This document shows, one piece after another, positions 13,701 to 26,150 of a DNA stretch of 64,000 bases. Below the pieces are notes generated by a model, which had not been told where the DNA came from, ran no database searches, and saw nothing but the letters and a program-made list of their open reading frames with translations. Made by a program: the position numbers and the translations under genes. The DNA is from Tubulanus polymorphus (lineage: Eukaryota > Animalia > Nemertea), in assembly GCF_964204645.1 (NCBI RefSeq), contig NC_134030.1, positions 18,250,210 to 18,314,209 on the forward strand, written 5' to 3'. Each line of letters opens with the position of its first letter. Positions within the stretch are counted from its first letter, which is position 1.

Positions 13701-14619
13701 TGTTCTATTGTAATTGAATTAATTAAATTAGATAATTACGTTTGGGTCAAGTAGTTATTAGAAAACATTCAAACACATGGATGTGAGTGAGTGATAAGAA
13801 CTCACAAATACTAATTAAATATATTATCACTGGAAATCAATTACGTAATCAATTAATCACTTTTGCCTTGGTATTTACTGGATTTACGGTTGATTAACGC
13901 TGTTCATTAAGGTTCTTATCAAGTTTTTTATGAAAATATGTATTTGTATTAGAGCTATAATCGGGGATGTAGAGGGCTGGGTGACATTTCAATTTCGCTT
14001 TGGATAAACAGTTTCCGTTTGCTTTAGATTAGACATATATCTTAAAATTGTTCTTGCTAGTCTAATGGGAATTATATATTTTTTCTTTTTATCATGTAAA
14101 TTATGCAATGAAATTAGAAACTGTGTGTAGGGGGAGCACGAAAATCCCTACATCTACTAATAACAGTTACAACGACGACGTAGACATGGACTGTATTATA
14201 GCTTTATTTCGAATGACCAACATTCTAAGAATACTTGACAATTTATACAAGTTTGAATAGGAGATAATGGACGGACAAAAGCAAAAATAGTGCAGGTTGA
14301 GAAACCAGGAATAATGATCAAGAAGAGTTGAACAAGTGCTTACTATTCAGATAAGTATTCGAAAAGTAATGGAACAACGGTTAAATACAGCCAAGATTAA
14401 CGGTGAGCGAGCTCAGCCCATTGTGGTATTGCTTTACAAGTGTACGAGCGTTGAAAATCGCATGAATCAATATCACGGCGATAACACTGTGGTTTAAGCT
14501 CGATAAAAGTTAATCGATCAGTAATTCAATTTTAACAATGGTCTATTCATGTACACCAGATGGTGAACTGATATCAGTACACTCAATGCAAACTAAGTTA
14601 TAACTAATTAGGGTTTTCT

Positions 14620-15780
14620 GACATTCATCTTTCAATGATATTTCAGAATTTGGTTTAATTAACAAATCTTTAAAAATAACTTTTTATCTATTAATATTAT
14701 AATCATATGATTTTATAATAATAAATCTTTTTCTTCTTTCTGTAATTCTCAATTAATTTTTTAAATCATCAATTTCTTTTTCTAAACTTAATTCTTTTTG
14801 TCTATATTCAATTTCATCAATTACTTGATCAATTACTCTAAATCACACTTAATTGTTTTAATTTTTTCTTGATTTAGTTAATTCATCCTCTAAAGTATAA
14901 ATTTTTTTATCGCTAATCATTTCATCGTGTGCAATTTTATCAGGTGATTTTTGTAAACCTTTAATTTTTCTGCGTGCTTGTTCAGGAAATGTCTCTAAAT
15001 CTTCATCAGTTAAATCAATAAATCCTTTTTCTAATAAAAGTTGCATTTGATTTTATTCGGTTCCAGTACCAGATGTATCTAAAGTACTATTTATCTGTTC
15101 TTCTGAATTATTCAGTCTATCAATTTGTTTTTCTATTACTACTTGTAATTGAATCATTACTAATTGGTTGAGTGTCTCTTCTCGATGTTTCTGGTGTTGA
15201 AGTTCTTAATTTATCTAATCGATCTCCATACTCTTCCATTTCTGGATCAACATCAAAAGGATTTAGATTTGGATTTTTAAATGGTGAATATTTGTTAATA
15301 TCAATATTCTTAATTGGTTCTTCTTCATTTACTTTTTCGACTGCATTCCATATAATTCTGATAAATTCTGTACCACCTTTTGATTTTTCAATTGTAGATC
15401 TTGCTAACATTCCAGGATGGAACAGATCTTCTTGCCCCATTTTAGATAATATAAATACAAGATTATAAACCCAGGAATCATTTTTAAACTCTAAATTAGA
15501 CATGAAAAATTGATCATCTTTTCTAATATGTTCTGAAATATCTTCTGGTTCAATGTTATATGTTACATCTTTTGGTAATATTTCATCAATAACTGTATTT
15601 GTTACACTATGTTTTATGATTAATAAATCTTTTTTCAATATAGGATTTTCTTTCTTTTCTAGTTTTAATTACTTTCCTATCGGCAGCTTAAAAATAATCT
15701 ATTAATTTTTCATTTGTTTCAATATCATATTTACATTCTTCATGATCACTATTTCCACTAAAATCATCATCATATTCATC
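14620..15780 (-). pseudogene. AT-rich intronless ORF remnant with coiled-coil tail, probably viral or mobile-element derived
   Basis: ORFs 15120-15638 and 14858-15046 look like one disrupted frame; composition matches the Polinton-like block at 6.3-8 kb. Confidence 0.35.
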
Positions 15781-16048
15781 ATCATTAGTTATTGTATAAT
15801 AGTTGGTTCAGGCCAATGGTCGAGAGGTCGTGATCATAAAAAAATGATAGTTGGCTCAAAATGATAGTTGGTTAAAGGTTGAGAGGGCGAAACAGAACAT
15901 TGTTCGATTTGTTTGGACTGATCCTCCCTTTTCCTGCTTCTTTCCTGTAAACAAGTCACTGAGTGCATTACAAGGACCTTCTTCACCTACGCATATATGT
16001 TTTTAAGATGATTTATTAAATGAAAAAAACTGTAGTCCAAGCTGTACA

Positions 16049-16208
16049 CCTCCCGAAGTCAATACTTTGAATATCAGACCTGAAGGTCAAATTCTCTTCG
16101 TTTGACCTTGGGAGGAATATTCCTCCCAAAGTCAATTGTTTGAATATCGAACCCCTTGGTCAAGTTTCCATCGATTGACTTTGGGAGGAATATTCCTCCC
16201 AAGGTCAA
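16049..16208. repeat. Tandem 73-bp units each containing a 34-bp near-perfect palindrome
   Basis: ttgacYttgggaggaatattcctcccaaRgtcaa at 16102-16135 and 16175-16208, with a half copy at 16049. Confidence 0.85.
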
Positions 16209-17029
16209 TTTTCACAAAAGGGGTCCCCTTAATTGGTGACACTCAAAGAACGCGCGGCTCAGATTCCTATTGTGTGCCTATCGCGCGCTGCTCGTGAATC
16301 ACTTACGTAATCTTTTCCGTAAATGTGAAGACCTCGGGGAAATAATGTTCTCTTAAGCCCGACATTATCCCACATTCCGGACTGTTAATAGGTTGACTTT
16401 ACGGCAGAGTCGACAAGTTTCAACAATTTTAAACTGTTCATTTATGAATATTTGTGGACTTATGGACTAAAATTTAGTTAAATTTTTGATACATTTTGAG
16501 AAAGTCACAAAATATAAACTGCGTTTATTATATTCGTACCTGTGCATATTTCGTTACCACGATCAATTGCAAAATTGTAGCCGCTGAGATGTTCTATGAT
16601 TGTGGTGAGTTTCCAGGTCATTGGTTTTTGTAAATGGTAACCAGGGGAGTTGACCATTGGAATTGTTAGATTGTTGAGCATTTGAAACCACTTTCCAAGT
16701 GGGTATCGTGTCCCTGGACTCCTAGTTACTTTCATACGCACATTATTATTTTGAAAACATTGCATGTGGCCAACCAATAACGACATCTGAAAGCAAGACA
16801 GCAGAACTTGTTTTGCCTACTACAACTGAACCTACAAACGACATCCTCATTTTATCATTTCCATACGATAATTGATTCATATGACAATTGAAGTTTATGT
16901 ATGTCGATTTGTGCGTTAAAGAGATATTTTCGGATAATTCACTGGCCACAACGAACAAACGAATGCACTCTCGTTTAGTTAATGTAGTTATATTTCTTAG
17001 TTAACATCCTACGCCGTGACAAATTTCAG

Positions 17030-17282
17030 TTAAAGAATGCAAAATGACCACGATGGGAAGAGAATACAGTCAGGGGAACTTTGAATCAAGTGCGATCCGG
17101 GAAAACGTGTCAAGCCTGGAATTCTCGATCACCTCACAAACATGACCGTTACAATATGCTCTCCGACCGGAATACGGCTGCGAACTATTGTAGGAACCCC
17201 GACAATACAACAGGAGGACCCTGGTGTTATACCACTGATCCTGCGTTACGTTGGGAATACTGCGACGTGAAAATATGTCCAG
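17030..17282 (+). pseudogene. Kringle-domain exon 1 (phase 1-1) with a 4-bp frameshifting insertion
   Basis: ttcag|TTAAAGAATGC...TGTCCAG|gt; CQAW..HKH..NYCRNPD..GPWCYTTDP..RWEYC; gaatacagtcagggg versus gaatacagggg in the other copies. Confidence 0.9.
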
Positions 17283-18358
17283 GTAAATAAATTCTCTGTC
17301 ATGAGGCCAGTAACTTAAAAGTTTGCTGTAAGTATAGTTAATTGCCTGCGGCCATAATGCGGTAAAGATCCCACAATACAGAAAAGAAAAATTAATTCTC
17401 GAGTTTTCTCTTTATTTGACATTTTACTGTATCCTATTAGTCATCTTCAGGAACTTTTCAGTATTCCCCAAAGAAGTAAAATGTCGGAATAATGTATAGT
17501 TCAAGAAAAGATTTCGGACTTATTTTTCTTCTCTGTATTGTGAGATGTTCACTATCCGGACACAGTGTTTGGTCAGGATCATCAGGGGCAAGTTGCTAAG
17601 AATTTGATTGAAATTAACTGGGAATGAATGCCACAGCGACAATTGACACAGTAGTATAACTATGTTTTTACTCACAAAACCTTTTTGAATCTGGTTTGTG
17701 ATAATACTACGGTAACAATGTAGTATCATTTTCACTACGTCAATTATCCACAGGATAAGCAAAGTTCAACTCATTTTTGGACAACTGACACCTGTTGTGG
17801 TTTTAACTTTCATTCGCAGGGGCGTTGAATAATACAATAACTTAGTATTTCGTTATTATATTCGTACCTGTGCATATTTTGTTACCACAATCAATTGCAA
17901 ATTTGTAGCCGCTGAGATGGTGTATGATTGTGGTGAGTTTCCAGGTCATTGGTCTTTGTATATGGTCACCAGTGGAGTTGAACATTGGAATTGTTAGATT
18001 GTTGAGCATTTGAAACCTCTTTCCAAGTGGGTATCGTGTCCCTGGACTCCTAGTTACGTTCATACGCACATTATTTTTCTGAAGAAAAACCATGTGGCCA
18101 ACCAATAACGACATCTGAAAGCAAGGACAGCAAAACTTGTTTTGCCTACCACAACTGAACCTACAAACAACATCCTCATTTTATCATTTCCACACGATAA
18201 GTGATTCATATGACAATTGAAGTTTCCGTATGACGATTTGTGCGTTAAAGAGATATTTTCGGATAATTCACTGGCCACAACGGACAAACGAATGCACTCT
18301 CGTTTAGTTAATGTAGTTATATTTCTTAGTTAACATCCTACACCGTGACAAATTTCAG

Positions 18359-18607
18359 TGAAATAATGCAAAATGACCACGATGGGAAGAGAATACAGGG
18401 GAACTTTGAATCAAGTGCGATCCGGGAAAACGTGTCAAGCCTGGAATTCTCGATCACCTCACAAACATGACCGTTACAATATGCTCTCCGACCGGAATAC
18501 GGCTGCGAATTATTGTAGGAACCCCGACAATACAACAGGAGGACCCTGGTGTTATACTACTGATCCCGCGTTACGTTGGGAATACTGCGACGTGAAAATA
18601 TGTCCAG
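18359..18607 (+). pseudogene. Kringle-domain exon 2 (phase 1-1) with in-frame TAA at 18364-18366
   Basis: 249-bp exon with six kringle Cys; GAA of copy 1 is TAA just before the first Cys. Confidence 0.9.
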
Positions 18608-19600
18608 GTAAATAAATTTTCTGTCGTGAGGCCAGTAGCTTAAAAGTTTGCTGTAAGTATAGTTAATTGTCTGCGGCCATAATGCGGTAAAGATCTCACA
18701 ATACAGAAAAGAAAAATTAATTCTCGAGTTTTCTCTTTATTTGACATTTTACTGTATCCTTTTAGTCATCTTCAGGAACTTTTCAGTATTCCCCAAAGAA
18801 GTAAAATGTCGGAATAATGTACAGCTCAAGAAAAGCTTTCGGACTTATTTTTCTTTTCTGTATTGTGAGATGTTCACTATCCGGACACAGTGTTTGGTCA
18901 GGATCATCAGGGGCAAGTTGCTAAGAATTTGATTGAAATTAACTGGGAATGAATGCCACCGCGACAATTGAAAGAATCTTGTTTCTGATAATACTACGGT
19001 AACAATGTAGTACCATTTTCACTACGTCAATTATACACAGGATAAGCAAAGTTCAACTCATTTTTGGACAACTGACACCTGTTGTGGTTTTGACTTTCAT
19101 TCGCAGGTGCGTTGAATAATGCAATAACTTAGTATTTCGATATTATATTCGTACCTGTGCATATTTTGTTACCACAATCAATTGCAAAATTGTGATTTTT
19201 GTATATGGTCACCAGGGGAGTTGACCATTGGAATTGTTAAATTGTTGAGCATTTGAAACCACTTTCCAAGTGGGTATCGTGTCCCTGGACTCCTAGTTAC
19301 TTTCATACGCACATTATTTTTCTGAAGACAAACCATGTGGCCAACCAATAACGACATCTGGAAGCAAGACAGCAAAACTTGTTTTGCCTACCAGAACTGA
19401 ACCTACAAACAACATCCTCATTTTATCATTTCCACACGATAAGTGGTTCATATGACAATTGAAGTTTCCGTATGACGATTTGTGCGTTAAAGAGATATTT
19501 TCGGATAATTCACTGGCCACAACGGACAAACGAATGCACTCTCGTTTAGTTAATGTAGTTATATTTCTTAGTTAACATCCTACGCCGTGACAAATTTCAG

Positions 19601-19849
19601 TGAAATAATGCAAAATGACCACGATGGGAAGAGAATACAGGGGAACTTTGAATCAAGTGCGATCCGGGAAAACGTGTCAAGCCTGGAATTCTCGATCACC
19701 TCACAAACATGACCGTTACAATATGCTCTCCGACCGGAATACGGCTGCGAATTATTGTAGGAACCCCGACAATACAACAGGAGGACCCTGGTGTTATACC
19801 ACTGATCCCGCAGTACGTTGGGAATACTGCGACGTGAAAATATGTCCAG
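19601..19849 (+). pseudogene. Kringle-domain exon 3 (phase 1-1) with in-frame TAA at 19606-19608
   Basis: Same structure and same stop as exon 2. Confidence 0.9.
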
Positions 19850-20789
19850 GTAAATAAATTCTCTGTCATGAGGCCAGTAGCTTAAAAGTTTGCTGTAAGT
19901 CTAGTTAATTGTCTGCGGCCATAATGCGGTAAAGATCTCACAATACAGAAAAGAAAAATTAATTCTCGAGTTTTCTCTTTATTTGACATTTTACTGTATC
20001 CTATTAGTCATCTCCAGGAACTTTTCAGTATTCCCCAAAGAAGTAAAATGTCGGAATAATGTATAGCTCAAGAAAAGCTTTCGGACTTATTTTTCTTTTC
20101 TGTATTGTGAGATGTTCATTATCGCTCCAACATGGACACTGTGTTTGGTCAGGATCATCAGGGGCAAGTTGCTAAGAATTTGATTGAAATTAACTGGGAA
20201 TGAATGCCACAGCGACAATTTGCACAGTAGTATAACAATTTTTTTACTCACTAAACCTTTTTGAATCTGGTTTCTGATAATGCTACGGTAAAATTTAGTT
20301 TCATTTTCACTACGTCAATTATCCACAGGTTAAGCAAAGTTCAACTCACTTTTGGACAACTGACACCTGTTGTGGTTTTTACTTTCATACGCAGGGGCGT
20401 TGAATAATACAACTAAGTATTCTCTCTATTATCTAGAAATATTTTATACATTAGAATATCATATCTGCGTAAATTATTTTAGAAATATTGTTACATTTAA
20501 TACATTTAATAGCAGGGCACATTCAGTCGTCGCTATATCGATCCCAAAAGTAGAGAAGGTAACATTTTAATAAGGCGAGGCAAATGATTTTAAACAAAAG
20601 GGCACATTCAATTTCAAGCCGAGTTGCTTTTTCCTGATCGGGGCGTGGAAGCGTGGAAGCGTGGAAGCGTTCGTGAAATCAGGATCTTTCAGCGTGGAAG
20701 CGTTCGTGAAAACTAGGCTTTATGTATGAGATCGAAGCCTGATTTTTCTAATTCGGTTGGTTATTTCTCGTTTCAGATCATTCAACTAC

Positions 20790-20993
20790 TGATCTACCGA
20801 AGGTGAGAATCTGCCTCTCAAGCCTTAGTCAAATCAGGGAAGTAGTTCTTAGGAAGAGAGTTCAAGTATCCGAATAACCATAGAAGCGATAACACTAAAA
20901 ACCTAATTTTCTAATGAGTAAATACAGTTTATTAACACGAACGTTTTCGGGATCATATCCCCTCATCGGGTGAAATACAAGTGAATCAAATGA
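20790..20993 (-). mobile_element. Distal 3' end (pseudo-LTR) of the older Penelope-like element, separated from its body by the younger PLE
   Basis: Joins 26151 onward through the duplicated aagtgaatcaaatga; contains a hammerhead motif. Left boundary is approximate. Confidence 0.65.
20936..20972 (-). ncRNA. Minimal type I hammerhead ribozyme of the older PLE (core variant CCGAUGA)
   Basis: Minus strand reads cac-CCGATGA-g-GGGAT-atg-ATCCC-GAAA-ACGT-TC-gtg. Confidence 0.7.
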
Positions 20994-21093
20994 GACGAGA
21001 AGATACACAATATCCGTGTAAGAAGATAACAAGAGAAATCCCACAATAAGTTCAGCCAAAACGAGAAACTTAAATAGAAGAGTTATATATATT

Positions 21094-21137
21094 TGCGCAA
21101 CGTTTCGGCTAAAGACTATTAGCCATCATCAGGCGTA
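21094..21137 (-). ncRNA. Minimal hammerhead ribozyme, left PLE arm
   Basis: Exact reverse complement of 26041-26084. Confidence 0.8.
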
Positions 21138-21454
21138 CTGAGTACAGGAGAATATTACAAGATATTTATCCAAGACCAAAACAATAGAAGCAGAGTGAGT
21201 GATTAAAATATTGAAAGGGTAATAGATTAAAGTAATGACATAACAACTAGAAAACAATGCTAAAGTAAGCAAGGCAAACTAAGGGCAATGTAGATTAAAG
21301 TAATTAATAAACAAAGACACAAGCTAAAGTGATTAAAACGCGAGGACAAGCTAAGGGGTAATCAAATAAAACAAAGAGAAGGAACATGAAAGGCGATAAT
21401 CAGTGAGTGAGTGGAAACAAGCAAACTATGATAAAGGCAAAACAATGGAGGGAA

Positions 21455-23638
21455 TTAGTATAACGGGGGTACAAGAGAAGCGAGAAATTTGGAGATCAAA
21501 ATGTTGTGGGGGGAGAAACCGTTATTCAAATTAACACAATTTTCCAAGTTTTCAATAATCAGGGCCGATTCCATAATGTGTCGTTTAATCTTTTCTGAAC
21601 AGGGGAAAATTATGGAGGCATTTTCAAAATCAAAATTGTGGCTGGTTTCGTATACGTGATTGGCAACACCGCTTTCAGGCTTAAAATTCTTTACATCATT
21701 CTTATGTTCACGAATGCGCTTGTGTAAATCGCGTCCGGTTTCGCCGATATATATTTTGTTACACACTTTACAGGGAATTTTATATACACCAATGTTCAGG
21801 GGTTCAATTTTGGGGGAGTTATGAGTAAGATTACGACTAAGTTTGTTGTTATAAGTAAAAATGAGTTGTTTGTTTAAGAGATGGAGGGGAGTTTTAGATT
21901 TTTCCAGAAAAGGAACAAAAGGTACAATAATAGGCTGTTTACGCGCGCGGGTCCCTTGAGAGTGACTGAAATGTGAACGACGGGCTCTCAAGAGAGCTTT
22001 ATTCAAAATGTCGTCGGGGTAAGCTAATTTATTAAGAGAGGTCTTGATCTGGGTTAGTTCATCATCCAAGAAAAGGGGGTCACAAATCCTTAATGCGCGA
22101 AGGAATAAGCTTTGGGCAACACTAAGTTTAATGTTATGAGCGGTGAAGGAGAAATAATGTAGGTATGTTCCAGAGTGGGTAGGTTTCCTATAAACCGAGA
22201 ATTTTAGACAAGACAAACAATTGTGTATACAAACATCAAGGAAAGGGATTTTCCCATCAACTTCCAATTCAAATGTGAAGTTCAAGGAGGGATAAAAAGA
22301 GTTAATAAATGTGAGAAATTGATCAATATCAAAGTCAAAAGGTATAAGGGCAAGAATATCATCAACGTATCGTAACCAAAGTTTAGGGAGAGTATCTGTG
22401 TAAAGAGGTAGTAATTCGGTTTCAACGTGTTCCAGGAAAAGATTTGCTAGAATGGGACTAAGCGGGTTCCCCATAGCCATGCCAAAAACCTGTTCGAAAT
22501 ATGAATTGTTGAAACTAAAAAAGGAGTTCTGGGTGCAAAGTTCAATTAATTCGATAATACAATCAGTAGGAATGTCAAAATTGAAATCCAACGAAGGAAG
22601 TTTCCGTTTAAGAAAATCAAGGGTAGGCCTAAGAGGAACATTGGTAAAAAGAGAACTAGCATCAAACGAAATGAATCTATCGTTACCAGGAATAATGTTT
22701 TTTAACCGTTCTAATAAATCTTGGTTGTGTCGTAAATGCGAGGCGGAGAAAGAACCAAGAGCCGGTGATAATTGTTTAGCCAGAAATTTGGATAAACGAT
22801 AAGAGGGCGAATTACAATTAGATACAATGGGGCGCAGCGGAACATCTTTCTTATGGATTTTGGGGAGCCCATAGATATAAGGTAGGGAGGGTAGACGTGA
22901 TTGAAATTTCGAAAGAATATCTTTAGAGTCCGGAAACCGTTGGATAATACCAGACAGATTCTTATTGAATGAAGCTTGCATACGTGAGAGAGGGTTGGAT
23001 TTCAATGGTTTATAAACATTAGAGTCACCAAGAAGGGAGAACATTTTTTGATTATAATCACAGATATCTAAGAGAACAATTTTGCCACCTTTATCAGCTT
23101 TTGAAATACGAACAGAGTCTAGTTTTCTGAGTTCAGAGAGGGCAATCCTGAAACGACGAGGTAAAATTCTGAGTAATTATAACGGAGGTTATCACAAATA
23201 GTTTGTAAGTTCATAAACATAAAATTGTAGTCAAAATTCGAGGAAGATGTCTTGCGCTGTTCTAATTCCGACATAAAATCCAGGATGTTCGTCTTGCGGT
23301 GAGGTAAAGAAAAGTTCAAACCGAAGCCAAGGAGTTGAAGTTGATACAACGTGAGCGAAACGGAGGAGAGATTCACAATAATGTCCGTGTTGCTAAACTT
23401 AGTCCAAGGACTAAGAATAATGAGCTGTTGAAGTTTCGAATTAAGTTTACAAGAATTGTCAGAAAAATGACGGTTACCGGAGTCCATAACGATAGAGCTG
23501 AGTAAGTTGAAGAGATGCGGGTCCGGAAGTTGAGATCTGAGGTAATTGTGCGCTTGCCGAGATCTGAAGAAATGATAATCGCAATCATCTTTAGCTTTGC
23601 CGATCGCTGATCTTAGATGAGAATTTGCTTGCTTCGGA
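21455..23638 (-). pseudogene. PLE RT + GIY-YIG ORF, left arm; 1-bp deletion near 23165; 5'-truncated
   Basis: Same protein as the right arm; gaattttacc versus gaatttttacc; the frame stays open through the spacer (...AKDDCDYHFFRSRQAHNYLRSQLPDPHLFNLLSSIVMDSG). Confidence 0.88.
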
Positions 23639-23689
23639 AGATCTCAACTTCCGGACCCGCATCTCTTCAACTTACTCAGCTCTATCGTT

Positions 23690-25723
23690 ATGGACTCCGG
23701 TAACCGTCATTTTTCTGACAATTCTTGTAAACTTAATTCGAAACTTCAACAGCTCATTATTCTTAGTCCTTGGACTAAGTTTAGCAACACGGACATTATT
23801 GTGAATCTCTCCTCCGTTTCGCTCACGTTGTATCAACTTCAACTCCTTGGCTTCGGTTTGAACTTTTCTTTACCTCACCGCAAGACGAACATCCTGGATT
23901 TTATGTCGGAATTAGAACAGCGCAAGACATCTTCCTCGAATTTTGACTACAATTTTATGTTTATGAACTTACAAACTATTTGTGATAACCTCCGTTATAA
24001 TTACTCAGAATTTTTACCTCGTCGTTTCAGGATTGCCCTCTCTGAACTCAGAAAACTAGACTCTGTTCGTATTTCAAAAGCTGATAAAGGTGGCAAAATT
24101 GTTCTCTTAGATATCTGTGATTATAATCAAAAAATGTTCTCCCTTCTTGGTGACTCTAATGTTTATAAACCATTGAAATCCAACCCTCTCTCACGTATGC
24201 AAGCTTCATTCAATAAGAATCTGTCTGGTATTATCCAACGGTTTCCGGACTCTAAAGATATTCTTTCGAAATTTCAATCACGTCTACCCTCCCTACCTTA
24301 TATCTATGGGCTCCCCAAAATCCATAAGAAAGATGTTCCGCTGCGCCCCATTGTATCTAATTGTAATTCGCCCTCTTATCGTTTATCCAAATTTCTGGCT
24401 AAACAATTATCACCGGCTCTTGGTTCTTTCTCCGCCTCGCATTTACGACACAACCAAGATTTATTAGAACGGTTAAAAAACATTATTCCTGGTAACGATA
24501 GATTCATTTCGTTTGATGCTAGTTCTCTTTTTACCAATGTTCCTCTTAGGCCTACCCTTGATTTTCTTAAACGGAAACTTCCTTCGTTGGATTTCAATTT
24601 TGACATTCCTACTGATTGTATTATCGAATTAATTGAACTTTGCACCCAGAACTCCTTTTTTAGTTTCAACAATTCATATTTCGAACAGGTTTTTGGCATG
24701 GCTATGGGGAACCCGCTTAGTCCCATTCTAGCAAATCTTTTCCTGGAACACGTTGAAACCGAATTACTACCTCTTTACACAGATACTCTCCCTAAACTTT
24801 GGTTACGATACGTTGATGATATTCTTGCCCTTATACCTTTTGACTTTGATATTGATCAATTTCTCACATTTATTAACTCTTTTTATCCCTCCTTGAACTT
24901 CACATTTGAATTGGAAGTTGATGGGAAAATCCCTTTCCTTGATGTTTGTATACACAATTGTTTGTCTTGTCTAAAATTCTCGGTTTATAGGAAACCTACC
25001 CACTCTGGAACATACCTACATTATTTCTCCTTCACCGCTCATAACATTAAACTTAGTGTTGCCCAAAGCTTATTCCTTCGCGCATTAAGGATTTGTGACC
25101 CCCTTTTCTTGGATGATGAACTAACCCAGATCAAGACCTCTCTTAATAAATTAGCTTACCCCGACGACATTTTGAATAAAGCTCTCTTGAGAGCCCGTCG
25201 TTCACATTTCAGTCACTCTCAAGGGACCCGCGCGCGTAAACAGCCTATTATTGTACCTTTTGTTCCTTTTCTGGAAAAATCTAAAACTCCCCTCCATCTC
25301 TTAAACAAACAACTCATTTTTACTTATAACAACAAACTTAGTCGTAATCTTACTCATAACTCCCCCAAAATTGAACCCCTGAACATTGGTGTATATAAAA
25401 TTCCCTGTAAAGTGTGTAACAAAATATATATCGGCGAAACCGGACGCGATTTACACAAGCGCATTCGTGAACATAAGAATGATGTAAAGAATTTTAAGCC
25501 TGAAAGCGGTGTTGCCAATCACGTATACGAAACCAGCCACAATTTTGATTTTGAAAATGCCTCCATAATTTTCCCCTGTTCAGAAAAGATTAAACGACAC
25601 ATTATGGAATCGGCCCTGATTATTGAAAACTTGGAAAATTGTGTTAATTTGAATAACGGTTTCTCCCCCCACAACATTTTGATCTCCAAATTTCTCGCTT
25701 CTCTTGTACCCCCGTTATACTAA
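23690..25723 (+). CDS. Penelope-like element RT plus GIY-YIG endonuclease (677 aa, N-terminally truncated)
   Basis: KADKG, YGLPKIHK..PLRPIVS, SFDASSLFTNVP, GMAMGNPLSP, RYVDD, FLDV, VYRKPT, GVYKIPCKVC..YIGETGR..RIREH..ESALI..LN. Confidence 0.95.
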   Translation: MDSGNRHFSDNSCKLNSKLQQLIILSPWTKFSNTDIIVNLSSVSLTLYQLQLLGFGLNFSLPHRKTNILDFMSELEQRKTSSSNFDYNFMFMNLQTICDNLRYNYSEFLPRRFRIALSELRKLDSVRISKADKGGKIVLLDICDYNQKMFSLLGDSNVYKPLKSNPLSRMQASFNKNLSGIIQRFPDSKDILSKFQSRLPSLPYIYGLPKIHKKDVPLRPIVSNCNSPSYRLSKFLAKQLSPALGSFSASHLRHNQDLLERLKNIIPGNDRFISFDASSLFTNVPLRPTLDFLKRKLPSLDFNFDIPTDCIIELIELCTQNSFFSFNNSYFEQVFGMAMGNPLSPILANLFLEHVETELLPLYTDTLPKLWLRYVDDILALIPFDFDIDQFLTFINSFYPSLNFTFELEVDGKIPFLDVCIHNCLSCLKFSVYRKPTHSGTYLHYFSFTAHNIKLSVAQSLFLRALRICDPLFLDDELTQIKTSLNKLAYPDDILNKALLRARRSHFSHSQGTRARKQPIIVPFVPFLEKSKTPLHLLNKQLIFTYNNKLSRNLTHNSPKIEPLNIGVYKIPCKVCNKIYIGETGRDLHKRIREHKNDVKNFKPESGVANHVYETSHNFDFENASIIFPCSEKIKRHIMESALIIENLENCVNLNNGFSPHNILISKFLASLVPPLY

Positions 25724-26040
25724 TTCCCTCCATTGTTTTGCCTTTATCATAGTTTGCTTGTTTCCACTCACTCACTGATTATCGCCTTTCATGTTCCTTC
25801 TCTTTGTTTTATTTGATTACCCCTTAGCTTGTCCTCGCGTTTTAATCACTTTAGCTTGTGTCTTTGTTTATTAATTACTTTAATCTACATTGCCCTTAGT
25901 TTGCCTTGCTTACTTTAGCATTGTTTTCTAGTTGTTATGTCATTACTTTAATCTATTACCCTTTCAATATTTTAATCACTCACTCTGCTTCTATTGTTTT
26001 GGTCTTGGATAAATATCTTGTAATATTCTCCTGTACTCAG

Positions 26041-26084
26041 TACGCCTGATGATGGCTAATAGTCTTTAGCCGAAACGTTGCGCA
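26041..26084 (+). ncRNA. Minimal type I hammerhead ribozyme in the PLE 3' UTR/pLTR
   Basis: cgc-CTGATGA-t-GGCTAA-tagtct-TTAGCC-GAAA-CG-TT-gcg: conserved core, 6-bp stem II, vestigial palindromic stem III and short stem I. Confidence 0.82.
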
Positions 26085-26150
26085 AATATATATAACTCTT
26101 CTATTTAAGTTTCTCGTTTTGGCTGAACTTATTGTGGGATTTCTCTTGTT

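Larger units (their letters stand above)
16520..20420 (+). repeat. Three tandem 1.24-1.33 kb intron+exon units, each carrying a kringle exon
   Basis: Near-identical sequence across units, introns included; exon starts at 17030, 18359 and 19601. Confidence 0.95.
20994..26150. mobile_element. Penelope-like retroelement, head-to-head fold-back insertion with a 15-bp TSD
   Basis: Arms 21027-23538 and 23639-26151 are near-perfect reverse complements around a 100-bp spacer; aagtgaatcaaatga at 20979-20993 and 26151-26165. Confidence 0.93.

Noticed and set aside
16505-19529. Recurring minus-strand ORFs (MSLLVGHM..., MSVVASEL...)
   Set aside because: Intronic sequence of the kringle repeat units; indels differ between copies and there is no protein motif.
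22452-24726. Duplicated 116-aa ORF MGLSGFPIAMPK...
   Set aside because: Antisense shadow of the PLE RT, duplicated only because of the fold-back.
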